This document shows, in pieces, positions 43,364 to 53,413 of a stretch of 64,000 nt of DNA. Numbering within the stretch: position 1 is the stretch's first letter; the number at the start of each line of letters is the position of its first letter. A model generated the notes under the pieces. The model searched no databases. It was not told the DNA's origin and saw only the letters and a program-made list of their open reading frames with translations. Made by a program: the position numbers and the translations under genes. The stretch covers positions 5,625-69,624 of the forward strand of contig CAYJNJ010000005.1 in assembly GCA_964371595.1 (NCBI GenBank), written 5' to 3'. This DNA comes from an uncultured Bacteroidales bacterium. GTDB taxonomy: Bacteria > Bacteroidota > Bacteroidia > Bacteroidales > JAGOPY01.

Positions 43364-45619
43364 ATGAAACAATATAAAAAACTCTGGATACTTTTCTCAC
43401 TTGTTGTAGTGATCTCTTTCATAGTACTGGGATATTTCGGGCATGAAATTTACCAAAAGGCGCCACCTGTTCCGAATAAAGTTGTAACTGTTGGGGGAAA
43501 AGTACTTTTTACAGGTCAGGACATTAAAGATGGCCAGAATGTCTGGCAAAGCATCGGGGGTCAGGAAGTCGGCTCCATTTGGGGCCATGGCGCCTACCTG
43601 GCACCTGATTGGACAGCAGACTGGATACACCGTGAAGCATTACTAATACTGGACGAATGGGCAAAGGAGTCTGGTGCAGATTCATTCCTGTCTTTAGATC
43701 CTGAAAGACAGGCTGCAATGAAAGCCCGCTTATTTTCAGAGCTCCGCACTAATAATTACAATCCTGTATCAGGCATCCTGACCGTTTCTGAATTGCGCTC
43801 CAGGGCTATTGATAGTCTTTCGGCATATTATGCCGGGCTTTTCATGTCCGATCCCGGACTTGATCAGATCCGCTCAGCTTACTCAATACCTAGGGATGCC
43901 GTTAAAGATCCAATTCTGATGCAGAAGATGAATACCTTTTTCTTTTGGGCATCATGGGCCTGTGTCACTGAACGACCTGGTAGTGAAGTCAGCTATACGC
44001 ACAACTGGCCTTCAGAAGAACTTGTCGGGAACAAAGCCACAAGCGACCTTATCCTGTGGACGGGTTTCAGTATGATAATGCTCCTGGTTGGAATTGGAAT
44101 CCTGGTATTTTATCATGCAAGGACAAAAGAAGAAGACCCGCCTGAAATTCCGGTTAATGATCCACTCATGCGATTGAAGATAACCCCGTCGATGAAGGCA
44201 GTCGAAAAATATTTCTGGGCAGTAAACCTGTTGATCCTGATCCAGGTGATTATGGGTATTATAACCGCTCATTATGGTGTGGAAGGCGACGGTTTTTACG
44301 GTTTCCCATTGTCTTCGATCCTGCCTTACTCTGTTTCGCGGACATGGCATGTCCAACTGGCCATCTTCTGGATCGCTACAGCCTGGCTTGCCACAGGACT
44401 ATATATGGCGCCTTCTATAGCTGGCAATGACCCGAAATACCAGAAAGCTGGAGTTAACTTCCTCTTTATTTCACTTTTAATCATCGTGGCTGGCTCGATG
44501 ACTGGCCAGTGGTTCGCCATTATGCAAAAACTGGGCCTTGAAGAGAATTTCTGGTTCGGGCATCAGGGCTATGAATATGTTGACCTGGGCAGGTTCTGGC
44601 AATCATTCCTTTTAATCGGCTTGTTGTTGTGGCTTATCCTTATGGTGCGACCACTGATTCCTGTTATAAAAAGTGGTACTGCCGAGAGAAACCTGTTAAT
44701 CCTGTTTTTAATATCCTGCTCAGCTATTGCATTATTTTATTCGGCAGGCCTGATGTGGGGCAGACAAACAAACCTGGCTATAGCGGAATACTGGCGATGG
44801 TGGGTAGTGCATCTCTGGGTCGAAGGTTTCTTTGAGGTTTTTGCCACAGTCGTAGCAGCGTTCCTATTCGTCCGGATGGGATTGCTGAAAATAGCCTCAG
44901 CGACGGCCAATGTACTTTTTGCAACTATTGTTTTCTTATCCGGCGGGATCCTGGGCACATTCCATCATTTATATTTTACCGGGACACCAACCGGGGTTAT
45001 GGCACTTGGCGCCACCTTCAGCGCTCTTGAAGTGGTGCCGCTTGTCCTGATAGGGTTTGAAGCTTTCCATAATTATCGTCTAAGCAAGGCCAAGGATTGG
45101 CTTTACGATTATAAATGGCCTATATATTGCCTGCTTTCGGTTTCATTCTGGAATTTTCTGGGTGCCGGGATTTTCGGCTTCCTGATCAACCCTCCAATTG
45201 CACTATATTACATGCAGGGCCTAAATACTACGCCGCTTCACGGTCATACAGCTTTATTTGGTGTTTATGGTATGCTGGGTATAGGGCTGATGCTGTTTGT
45301 TTTACGCAGCTTATACCGTAGTCAGAAATGGAATGACAAATTGATCGGCTTTTCCTTTTGGTCAATCAATATTGGTCTTTTACTGATGTCATTCCTTAGC
45401 CTTCTGCCAATTGGTCTTCTGCAGACGATTGCAAGCGTCAATGAAGGCATGTGGTACGCCAGATCCGCGGAATTTATGCAATTACCTCATTTGCATGTCC
45501 TGCGCTGGTTACGTGTGGTTGGTGATTCAATTTTCGCAATTGGAATCATCAGCTTGTTCATGTTTGTTTTCCACCTTTCTTTCAAAAAGAAAAGGGAAAA
45601 CCCGGAAAATTCAATTTAA
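43364..45619 (+). CDS. norB: Quinol-dependent nitric oxide reductase (qNOR, NorB/NorZ large subunit with N-terminal extension)
   Basis: 751 aa. One N-terminal TM helix plus a periplasmic extension (GQDIKDGQNVWQSIGGQEVGSIWGHGAYLAPDW), followed by a 12-TM heme-copper oxidase core. Confidence 0.8.
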   Translation: MKQYKKLWILFSLVVVISFIVLGYFGHEIYQKAPPVPNKVVTVGGKVLFTGQDIKDGQNVWQSIGGQEVGSIWGHGAYLAPDWTADWIHREALLILDEWAKESGADSFLSLDPERQAAMKARLFSELRTNNYNPVSGILTVSELRSRAIDSLSAYYAGLFMSDPGLDQIRSAYSIPRDAVKDPILMQKMNTFFFWASWACVTERPGSEVSYTHNWPSEELVGNKATSDLILWTGFSMIMLLVGIGILVFYHARTKEEDPPEIPVNDPLMRLKITPSMKAVEKYFWAVNLLILIQVIMGIITAHYGVEGDGFYGFPLSSILPYSVSRTWHVQLAIFWIATAWLATGLYMAPSIAGNDPKYQKAGVNFLFISLLIIVAGSMTGQWFAIMQKLGLEENFWFGHQGYEYVDLGRFWQSFLLIGLLLWLILMVRPLIPVIKSGTAERNLLILFLISCSAIALFYSAGLMWGRQTNLAIAEYWRWWVVHLWVEGFFEVFATVVAAFLFVRMGLLKIASATANVLFATIVFLSGGILGTFHHLYFTGTPTGVMALGATFSALEVVPLVLIGFEAFHNYRLSKAKDWLYDYKWPIYCLLSVSFWNFLGAGIFGFLINPPIALYYMQGLNTTPLHGHTALFGVYGMLGIGLMLFVLRSLYRSQKWNDKLIGFSFWSINIGLLLMSFLSLLPIGLLQTIASVNEGMWYARSAEFMQLPHLHVLRWLRVVGDSIFAIGIISLFMFVFHLSFKKKRENPENSI

Positions 45620-45670
45620 TCCCGTGATATACCTTGTGCTTAAAAAATAATACCAAAGGAAGAATAATCT

Positions 45671-45678
45671 TATTTTTG
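45671..45678 (+). promoter_or_regulatory. -7 box TAttTTTG upstream of uppP
   Basis: TAnnTTTG match 26 nt before the ATG at 45704. Confidence 0.5.
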
Positions 45679-45703
45679 GGCACTCTTTAATCTGATCAGA
45701 ATC

Positions 45704-46498
45704 ATGACCCTCATCCAATCGATAATCATCGCCATCATCGAAGGTATTACCGAATTTCTCCCCATATCCTCCACAGGCCACATGATCCTGGCTTCAAGCC
45801 TGATGAAAATCCATGATGATGATTTTGTCAAGACCTTCGAAATTTCCATACAGCTTGGCGCCATCATGGCTATCGTCCTGATGTACGTAAAACGGTTTTT
45901 CCAGGGAATCCCTATCTATCTAAAGCTGGGTATTGCATTCATTCCCACGGCAATAGCCGGGTTCCTTGCTTACCCTTACATCAAGGCCTATTTATTCAAC
46001 CCGGTGGTCGTTGCCGTTTCCCTTATCGTCGGTGGGATTGTCCTGATCCTGATTGATAAAAAGGTCGTGAGCCGTAAAAGCGAAACAGATGTCCTGGAAA
46101 ATATTAGCTATAAAAATGCATTTTTCATTGGCCTTATCCAGTGTTTTTCAATGATTCCCGGAGTGTCGAGGGCGGCTGCCACTATTATTGGCGGGGTATT
46201 TAACGGCCTCGATAAAAAGCAGGCCACCGAATTCTCCTTCCTACTGGCAGTGCCAACGATGTTCGCTGCAACACTTTACGATCTTTATAAGACGCCTGTC
46301 ATATTTGACAACCATGAAAAACTCCTGCTCGCTATCGGCTTTGTCATTGCGATGATAACAGCATGGTTTGCCGTTAAGGTCTTCCTGAAAATCGTGGAGA
46401 ATTACGGATTTAAGCATTTTGGGTATTACAGGATCGTGATCGGGGTGGTTTTCCTGGTTTTGTTCTTTACAGGAGTGATGGGGGAATTGGTTCCATAG
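45704..46498 (+). CDS. uppP: Undecaprenyl-diphosphate phosphatase
   Basis: EFLPISSTGH and PGVSRAAATI motifs. 264 aa, multi-pass membrane protein. Confidence 0.9.
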   Translation: MTLIQSIIIAIIEGITEFLPISSTGHMILASSLMKIHDDDFVKTFEISIQLGAIMAIVLMYVKRFFQGIPIYLKLGIAFIPTAIAGFLAYPYIKAYLFNPVVVAVSLIVGGIVLILIDKKVVSRKSETDVLENISYKNAFFIGLIQCFSMIPGVSRAAATIIGGVFNGLDKKQATEFSFLLAVPTMFAATLYDLYKTPVIFDNHEKLLLAIGFVIAMITAWFAVKVFLKIVENYGFKHFGYYRIVIGVVFLVLFFTGVMGELVP

Positions 46499-46584
46499 TT
46501 CCAGGGTTCCAATGTTCCAGGGTTCCAGGGTTCCAGGGTTCCAAAGTTCCAGGGTTCCAAAGTTCCAGGGTTCCAGTGTTCCAA
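46489..46584 (+). repeat. Twelve consecutive octamers of the GTTCCAGG family (96 nt, exact 8-nt register)
   Basis: ggttccat agttccag ggttccaa tgttccag ggttccag ggttccag ggttccaa agttccag ggttccaa agttccag ggttccag tgttccaa. Includes the uppP stop TAG at 46496-46498. Confidence 0.95.
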
Positions 46585-46600
46585 TAGAAAAATCAAAAAT

Positions 46601-47143
46601 ATGTCACCGATAATATCCATGTTAAGAGGCATCAATGTCAGTGGGCAAAAGCTGATAAAGATGCCGGAACTCAGGTTGATGTACGAAAGCCTGGGTTTTA
46701 GCAACGTTTCGACATATATCCAGAGTGGAAATGTGATTTTCACTGCAGGCCAAGATGTCCCGGTAAAAGATCTGTCGTCTGAAATCGAAAATGCTATCTT
46801 AAAAAAATTCGGGTTCGATGTTCCGGTAATCCTTAGGACACTTGATGAGATGAAAGAAATTGTGCGTATCAATCCTTTCCAGGATGAAAACGGGCTTGTC
46901 CCGGATAAAATCTACGTGACTTTTCTCGAATTTGAGCCCCTATTAGAAATGATTGACAAGATCAATCCCTATGACTTTTTACCTGATAAATATAAGATCC
47001 TGGGCAAAGAAATTTACCTTAGCTGTTCATCAGGCTATGGTACCACCAAATTATCCAATACCTTTTTTGAAAACAAATTGAAGGTAAGGGCTACGACAAG
47101 AAACTGGAATACCGTGAATAAATTGATTGAACTCGCAGGTTAG
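46601..47143 (+). CDS. DUF1697 domain protein
   Basis: ISMLRGINVSGQKLIKMPELR...TYIQSGNVIF is typical of DUF1697. Confidence 0.7.
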   Translation: MSPIISMLRGINVSGQKLIKMPELRLMYESLGFSNVSTYIQSGNVIFTAGQDVPVKDLSSEIENAILKKFGFDVPVILRTLDEMKEIVRINPFQDENGLVPDKIYVTFLEFEPLLEMIDKINPYDFLPDKYKILGKEIYLSCSSGYGTTKLSNTFFENKLKVRATTRNWNTVNKLIELAG

Positions 47144-47149
47144 TAGACT

Positions 47150-47602
47150 TTAAAAAACTTCCAGTATCTTTTCCTTCTTTCCCCTGAACTCGTATGTATC
47201 TCCCTCTTTCTTGCCGTCGATTGCATTATAGAAAGGAACCATGGCTGAAATCACGAAGTACTCCTCCCCTTCTGTGATAACTTTCCCGATACCAGCAGCT
47301 ACGAATAAGCGCTGGGATTCAGTTATGACAACAGCACCAAAACGGACCTGGTAGTAAGTCTTGCTCATATCTATCCTCCTGAGGATATCGACCTGATCGT
47401 TGATCTTGAGCAATTGCTGCGCAAACATTTCCCTCTTGCTCATCATCTGGTTACGGTACGAATCGTAAAGATCTTTGGGAAGGCCATATTCCTCGGCACT
47501 GTCAGCCACTTCTTCCATTACCACTTTCAGGTTTTCCCTCACCTTGGTCTGCTGCTCAAAACAGGCATCAAGGATCTTTTGTTTCAGCTTCAAACGATCC
47601 AT
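47150..47602 (-). CDS. GreA/GreB C-terminal-domain-like protein
   Basis: 150 aa. N-terminal coiled-coil-like half. C-terminal VRFGAVVI.....F.I.G.GK....EE..VIS..P...A..GKK.GD pattern. Confidence 0.5.
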   Translation of the reverse strand: MDRLKLKQKILDACFEQQTKVRENLKVVMEEVADSAEEYGLPKDLYDSYRNQMMSKREMFAQQLLKINDQVDILRRIDMSKTYYQVRFGAVVITESQRLFVAAGIGKVITEGEEYFVISAMVPFYNAIDGKKEGDTYEFRGKKEKILEVF

Positions 47603-47720
47603 ATCGTTTAATTTATAATTTTAAAAAATAAAAATCTTAACGTGCATCTTCACGGTAAGATTTACAGGAATAAAAATACATGGTAGAATTCTTTCACGAA
47701 AATACAATAATAAATTAAAT

Positions 47721-48242
47721 ATGGTATCCGAATCACAACCTTTTCTTGAACCTCAAAATTCCCAGGGCGTCCTCGAGTTATACCGGGTCGCTTATGAATA
47801 TTGCCTGTTCGTTGAGAAAATATCCGAAAAAAACAAAGCGGACTTTTATGATTTCTTTCTTAAAATTGGCCCTTTGCTATACCTTAAAGGAAAGCTGTTA
47901 CCCGAAATAGAGCCTGAATTCCCCGAGGCCAGTGAACGATTCGTCACAGAAGAGGAATACCAGGAAATATTTAATGCCTGCCGGAATTTAATAGCAGAAA
48001 ATGATGAATTCTACCATGTAAATTATGAAGAATTCATTGAGTATGAAGCTGTCAAAGGCAGTCTTTCCGAGAACTTCACAGATATTTACCAGGACCTGAA
48101 AGATTTTATTCTTCTTTATAATAAAAACTCACAGGCGGCTAGGCAAAATGCAGTTCACGATTGTAAAGCCCTCTTTGAAACCCGCTGGGGGCCGAAAATA
48201 CTCAGTAATATGAGGTATATCCATTATTTAGACAACATTTAG
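47721..48242 (+). CDS. Hypothetical protein (possibly DUF5063 family)
   Basis: 173-aa acidic helical protein, divergent from the GreA-like gene. Family name is from memory only. Confidence 0.45.
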   Translation: MVSESQPFLEPQNSQGVLELYRVAYEYCLFVEKISEKNKADFYDFFLKIGPLLYLKGKLLPEIEPEFPEASERFVTEEEYQEIFNACRNLIAENDEFYHVNYEEFIEYEAVKGSLSENFTDIYQDLKDFILLYNKNSQAARQNAVHDCKALFETRWGPKILSNMRYIHYLDNI

Positions 48243-48276
48243 AACATCCGATCTTCACAATCAATCCAAATTTAAA

Positions 48277-48284
48277 TACATTTG
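48277..48284 (+). promoter_or_regulatory. -7 box TAcaTTTG upstream of feoAB
   Basis: TAnnTTTG match 31 nt before the ATG at 48315. Confidence 0.5.
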
Positions 48285-48314
48285 TCAGATGTTATCTGGA
48301 TTGATTCTAAATAA

Positions 48315-50756
48315 ATGAAGACGTTAAAAGAACTCAGGGAAGGCGAGAAAGGGCTTATCACAACGATCAGAGGGCAGGGAGAATTCCGGAAGAGGATCAT
48401 TGAGATGGGTTTCGTTAAGGGAAAATGGGTGACCGTCATCAAAGCTGCACCCTTGCAAGACCCGGTGGAATACCGTATCCTGGATTCCAATGTATCCCTC
48501 AGGCTTGAAGAGGCTGCTTTAATAGACGTCTTACCGGAGCAGGAAGCCATTTTAAAAACGAATGGGAATGTATATAATGGTATTTCGGAATCTGATCCCA
48601 GCAATTCGAAAAAACAACGGAAACAGGGGCAGATCGCAGTAGCCCTTGTTGGAAACCCGAACTCCGGGAAAACCAGCCTATTCAATTTCGCCTCCCACTC
48701 ACGCGAGCATGTTGGCAATTATGCCGGTGTGACCGTAGATTCTAAAACGGCCAGGATTGAAATGAAGGGCTACACCTTCCGGATCACCGATCTGCCTGGC
48801 ACTTATTCACTTTCCTGCTATAGTCCCGAGGAGCTGTTTGTCAGGGACCATCTTGCTAAATCAGCCCCTGACGTAGTAATCAATGTAGTTGATGCATCAA
48901 ACCTCGAACGGAACCTGTACCTCACTACTCAACTCATCGATATGGGTGTAAAAGTAGTCGTAGCGCTGAATATGTTCGATGAAATGAAGATCAAGGGGGA
49001 TGAATTTGACTACCAGACCCTGGGTAAAATGACCGGGATCCCGTTTGTACCTACTGTTGCTTCCAAAGGAAAAGGCCTCCCTGACCTTTTTGATAAGATC
49101 ATTGAAATCCATGAAGGAAAAGATCCGCAATCCCGGAATGTGAAGATCAATTACGGGATGGAACTCGAGTATTCTATAGAGAAGCTGAAAAATATTATCC
49201 CGGTCCATGCCGAAGAAAAAAGCGGCGTACCACGCAGGCATCTGGCACTTAAACTGCTCGAGAAAGACAGGCATACGTTTGACTTTACCGAAGGATTACC
49301 CGAAGCAGAAGGAATCATAAAAGTGGTAATGTTCGAGATCCAGAGGCTGGAGAATTTTTACAGGGAAGATACCGAAAGCCTTATCGCCGGCGCGCGATAT
49401 GGTTTCATCGAAGGGGCATTGAAAGAGACTTTCCGTCCTGCCAGGATTTCGGTCAGGTCGATGACGCGTAAGATTGATACCTTCCTGACAGGCAAATTTA
49501 TCGGTTACCCTATCTTCGTTATCCTGATGTGGCTGATGTTCCAGGCCACTTTTATCATCGGCGATTACCCGGTAATTGGGATTGAAAAACTTGTCGGATG
49601 GATTGGCCAGCTTATGGATCATGTGATTCCCACTGGCATTGTGAACGACCTGGTGATCGATGGTATTATCGGTGGTGTTGGCGGGGTGATCGTATTCCTG
49701 CCCAACATCCTTATCCTGTTCCTTTTCATTTCCCTGATGGAAGATACGGGTTATATGGCCAGGGTGGCATTTATTGTCGATAAGCTTATGCATAAGATCG
49801 GCCTGCATGGGAAATCATTCATCCCCTTGCTGATGGGCTTTGGCTGTAATGTGCCAGCCATCATGGCTACCCGTACCATCGAAAATAAAAATGACAGGCT
49901 GGTCACCATGCTCATCATTCCGTTTATGTCGTGCAGTGCGCGTTACCCTGTCTATATCCTTTTGATCAGCGCCTTCTTTGTTAGTTTTAAAGGATCTATC
50001 CTTTTTCTGCTCTACCTGATCGGGATCTCCCTGGCGGCAATTGTGGCATTCCTGATGAAAAAGACCCTGTTCAAGGCAAAAGAGTTTCCCTTTGTTATGG
50101 AATTGCCTCCTTACAGGATGCCCACTGTAAAAGCCATCCTGAAGCACACCTGGTTTAAAGGCGTCATGTACCTGAAAAAGATGGGCACCATCATCCTTGT
50201 GGCTTCTGTCATTATCTGGGCATTAGGTTACTTTCCGCGCAATAATGAACGAAATGCTTACTATCAAGGGCAGATCGCAGCCACTACAGACCCTGGCCAG
50301 GTGCATCACCTTAAAATTGCCATGATCAGCGAGCAGCAGGAGCAATCCTATATCGGAAGGATCGGCAAATTTATTGAACCCGCTATCCAGCCGCTGGGTT
50401 TTGATTGGCGCATGGGAGTGAGCCTTGTCGCCGGTTCAGCAGCCAAAGAAGTGGTTGTAAGTACAATGGGGGTCCTTTACCAGACGGATGATGAAACTGG
50501 GGTCAGCGGCCTCGCTACGAAATTGCAGGATTCTGTCTATGCGTCGGGTCCGAAAAAAGGGGAAAAGGTCTATTCGAAGCTGGTTGCTTTTTCCTTCATG
50601 ATATTTATCCTGATCTATTTCCCCTGCATAGCAGTGATTGCCGCACTGAAAAAAGAATCGGGGAAATGGAAATGGCCGGCCTTCGTTGCAGTGTACACCA
50701 CAGTGCTGGCCTGGCTCGCATCGTTCACGGTCTACCAGGTTGGCAGCCTACTCTAA
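48315..50756 (+). CDS. feoB: Ferrous iron transporter, FeoA-FeoB fusion
   Basis: N-terminal FeoA-like SH3 module (LKELREGEKGLITTIRG...). G domain GNPNSGKTSLFN and DLPGTYSL. C-terminal polytopic permease. Confidence 0.9.
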   Translation: MKTLKELREGEKGLITTIRGQGEFRKRIIEMGFVKGKWVTVIKAAPLQDPVEYRILDSNVSLRLEEAALIDVLPEQEAILKTNGNVYNGISESDPSNSKKQRKQGQIAVALVGNPNSGKTSLFNFASHSREHVGNYAGVTVDSKTARIEMKGYTFRITDLPGTYSLSCYSPEELFVRDHLAKSAPDVVINVVDASNLERNLYLTTQLIDMGVKVVVALNMFDEMKIKGDEFDYQTLGKMTGIPFVPTVASKGKGLPDLFDKIIEIHEGKDPQSRNVKINYGMELEYSIEKLKNIIPVHAEEKSGVPRRHLALKLLEKDRHTFDFTEGLPEAEGIIKVVMFEIQRLENFYREDTESLIAGARYGFIEGALKETFRPARISVRSMTRKIDTFLTGKFIGYPIFVILMWLMFQATFIIGDYPVIGIEKLVGWIGQLMDHVIPTGIVNDLVIDGIIGGVGGVIVFLPNILILFLFISLMEDTGYMARVAFIVDKLMHKIGLHGKSFIPLLMGFGCNVPAIMATRTIENKNDRLVTMLIIPFMSCSARYPVYILLISAFFVSFKGSILFLLYLIGISLAAIVAFLMKKTLFKAKEFPFVMELPPYRMPTVKAILKHTWFKGVMYLKKMGTIILVASVIIWALGYFPRNNERNAYYQGQIAATTDPGQVHHLKIAMISEQQEQSYIGRIGKFIEPAIQPLGFDWRMGVSLVAGSAAKEVVVSTMGVLYQTDDETGVSGLATKLQDSVYASGPKKGEKVYSKLVAFSFMIFILIYFPCIAVIAALKKESGKWKWPAFVAVYTTVLAWLASFTVYQVGSLL

Positions 50757-51776
50757 GCTATCCAGCCTGTTCAGGCCTTGGATTGATCTCTCATAGTTCG
50801 GGACAAGCTCAAGGGATTTAAGATAATCTTTCCTGGCGTTTATATAATCTCCCATCAACTCGTAACTATAACCCCGGTTGAAATAGGCATCAATATAAGC
50901 CGGATCCAGGCTGATGGCCTTAGAGAAATAGCTGACCGCCTTTTGAAAATCATTATTATAAACAAGGTTCACATAACCAAGATTATAGTAAGCTTCTTTA
51001 TAATCCGGCGAAATCGTCAGCAGCTTTTCATAAGTCTCCACCGCTTTCGGAATATTTTCCTGTTCCTGGTAGAACATGCCCAACAGGTAGTAACCCTCGG
51101 TCCTGTTGGGTTCGATCTTTGTGGCAGTCTGCAGGTAACCTGCGGCTAAGGGATTTTTCTGTGTCGAATAAAGGATACCCAGTTCAATGTAAGCCTCGTA
51201 ATATGCCTGGTCCTGGTCGGCTGCTGCTTCAAAATTCTTTATCGCCAGTGTGGTGTCCCCGAGCTCCATATAAGCATATCCCCTGATGAAATGGGCCACC
51301 GGGTTGATCAAATCCAGATCGAGCGCCCTTTTGGAATATTCAAAAGTTTTTTCGTAATCTTTCAGTATCAGGTACACTTCTGCCAGCTTCAGCAAGGCAT
51401 CATTGTTGGATGGCTTCAGTTCCTCGGCCTTTTTCAGCGCATCCAGGCAGTTCGGGATCCGGCCCATTGCAAGGTAAATATCGGCCAGTGCCACAAAATA
51501 ATCAGAGTTTTCCCGGTCAAGCTGGATGGCTTTGTTGATGTCAGCCAGGGCTTTGTTGATTTCTTTCAGGTCGATATACAATTTCGAGCGGAGATAATAG
51601 GCGTCCGGATCAAGCGAGTCAGAACCAATCCTCTCCGTTAGTTGAGCCAGTTCACTGTTCACCGGCACCTTCTGGGCCTGCTCACCCGGCATATTCTTTT
51701 CACCGGCATTCCGGCAGGAAACCAGGATACCCAATGTCAAAATGAGTACCAGACAAAAGTGAAAGCTGCATTTCAT
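50748..51776 (-). CDS. TPR-repeat lipoprotein
   Basis: Lipobox ILVSC and multiple 34-aa TPR units (A..Y...G..Y....). I chose the start at 51776 to avoid overlap with recA. Confidence 0.75.
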   Translation of the reverse strand: MKCSFHFCLVLILTLGILVSCRNAGEKNMPGEQAQKVPVNSELAQLTERIGSDSLDPDAYYLRSKLYIDLKEINKALADINKAIQLDRENSDYFVALADIYLAMGRIPNCLDALKKAEELKPSNNDALLKLAEVYLILKDYEKTFEYSKRALDLDLINPVAHFIRGYAYMELGDTTLAIKNFEAAADQDQAYYEAYIELGILYSTQKNPLAAGYLQTATKIEPNRTEGYYLLGMFYQEQENIPKAVETYEKLLTISPDYKEAYYNLGYVNLVYNNDFQKAVSYFSKAISLDPAYIDAYFNRGYSYELMGDYINARKDYLKSLELVPNYERSIQGLNRLDSLE

Positions 51777-51792
51777 GAAGCATGGACCGTAT

Positions 51793-52827
51793 TTAGTTTG
51801 CAACAGGATGTTCCGGCTTGAGCAGCTTTTCCCTGATTTTCACTTCCAGCTCATCTGCTAATTCAGGGTTGTCAATAAGGAGCTTTTTGACGGCATCCCT
51901 TCCCTGTCCCAGTTTGGTTTCGCCGTAGCTGAACCAGGAACCGCTCTTTTTAATGATCCCGAAGTCGGACCCCAGGTCGATGATCTCCCCAACCTTGGAG
52001 ATTCCCAGCCCGTACATAATGTCAAATTCTGCTTTTTTGAACGGGGGAGCTACCTTATTTTTCACGACTTTAACCTTAACGCGGTTACCGGTACTCTCCT
52101 CCCCTTCCTTGATCTGGTTGACCTTGCGGATATCAAGCCTGACCGAGGCATAGAACTTCAATGCGTTTCCACCGGTAGTTGTTTCAGGATTACCGAACAT
52201 GATACCGATCTTTTCCCTTAACTGGTTGATGAAAATGCAGCACGAGCCTGTCCTGCCAATATTGGCAGTCAGTTTCCTGAGCGCTTGCGACATAAGCCTG
52301 GCTTGCAGTCCCATCTTGGAATCGCCCATTTCACCTTCAATCTCACTCTTTGGGGTTAAGGCAGCGACAGAGTCAATTACGATAATGTCTATAGCTCCAG
52401 ACCGGATCAGGTTATCCACGATCTCCAGCGCCTGCTCTCCATGGTCAGGCTGTGAGATCAGCAGGTTATCGATATCGATACCCAGCTTTTCCGCATAAAA
52501 CCTGTCGAAAGCGTGCTCGGCATCGATGAATGCCGCAATCCCGCCAAGTTTCTGGGCTTCCGCGATGGCATGAAGTGCCAGGGTGGTTTTACCGCTTGAT
52601 TCCGGCCCGTAAATCTCGATCACCCTTCCCCGTGGAAAGCCCCCCACTCCAAGCGCAACATCCAATCCGATAGATCCCGTAGGGATCGCAGGGACATTTT
52701 CAGCCGGCGTATCACCCAGCTTCATGATCGTACCTTTTCCATACTGCTTTTCGATATTGCCCAGGGTCATTTCCAGGGCTTTCATCTTATCCTTCCTGTT
52801 CTGATCAATATTGTTCTCTCCGGCCAT
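51793..52827 (-). CDS. recA: Recombinase RecA
   Basis: [13 protein letters not shown] Walker A, IDSVAAL, L1/L2 loop regions. Confidence 0.97.
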   Translation of the reverse strand: MAGENNIDQNRKDKMKALEMTLGNIEKQYGKGTIMKLGDTPAENVPAIPTGSIGLDVALGVGGFPRGRVIEIYGPESSGKTTLALHAIAEAQKLGGIAAFIDAEHAFDRFYAEKLGIDIDNLLISQPDHGEQALEIVDNLIRSGAIDIIVIDSVAALTPKSEIEGEMGDSKMGLQARLMSQALRKLTANIGRTGSCCIFINQLREKIGIMFGNPETTTGGNALKFYASVRLDIRKVNQIKEGEESTGNRVKVKVVKNKVAPPFKKAEFDIMYGLGISKVGEIIDLGSDFGIIKKSGSWFSYGETKLGQGRDAVKKLLIDNPELADELEVKIREKLLKPEHPVAN

Positions 52828-52851
52828 AATAAAAGATTTTAAGATTATTAA

Positions 52852-53310
52852 TTATTTTAATTCCGACAGGATCTGGTTCGTATGATCCTTCGTATCAACT
52901 TTTTCAATTATGTTAAGTATATGACCATCCTCCGAAATCACAAATGTGGTCCGGATGATGCCATCAAATTCCCTTCCCATAAATTTCTTTCTTCCCCATA
53001 CCCCGTAATCATTAAGGATTTCCTTTTCCGTATCAGGGATCAGCGGGAATGGCAGCGAATATTTATCCGTGAATTTAGCGTGTGATTTTGCACTATCGGC
53101 ACTCACACCAATGATTTTATATCCCTTTTCAATAAGATTGGAATAATTATCCCGAAGGTTACAGGCTTCTGCCGTGCAACCAGGCGTATCATCCTTCGGA
53201 TAAAAATAAAGGATTACCTTACTGCCTTTAAATTCTTCGAGGGAAATACGGTTTCCTTTATGATCCAAAGCATTGATAGCAGGGGCTTTATCTCCAGCTT
53301 TAAGTTTCAT
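52852..53310 (-). CDS. bcp: Thiol peroxidase Bcp (peroxiredoxin)
   Basis: YFYPKDDTPGCTAEAC active site. I chose the start at 53310 (MKLKAGDKAP). Confidence 0.85.
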   Translation of the reverse strand: MKLKAGDKAPAINALDHKGNRISLEEFKGSKVILYFYPKDDTPGCTAEACNLRDNYSNLIEKGYKIIGVSADSAKSHAKFTDKYSLPFPLIPDTEKEILNDYGVWGRKKFMGREFDGIIRTTFVISEDGHILNIIEKVDTKDHTNQILSELK

Positions 53311-53413
53311 GTTTCTGCAGTTAAAAGGGTTAAACAAAAATATTCTTTTTCAGCAAGCGGGTTAGAAAAGCAGCTATTTAGTTTTCAACGGTTACCAACA
53401 TCAGAACATCTGT

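Noticed and set aside
46426-46872. 148-aa minus-strand ORF, and similar ORFs 8892-9104, 19138-19596, 21066-21263 and 21255-21446
   Set aside because: They are translations of word arrays, the stem-loop element or the SRP RNA gene (for example repeated LEPWN or PPLRLERG peptides), and they overlap better-supported features.
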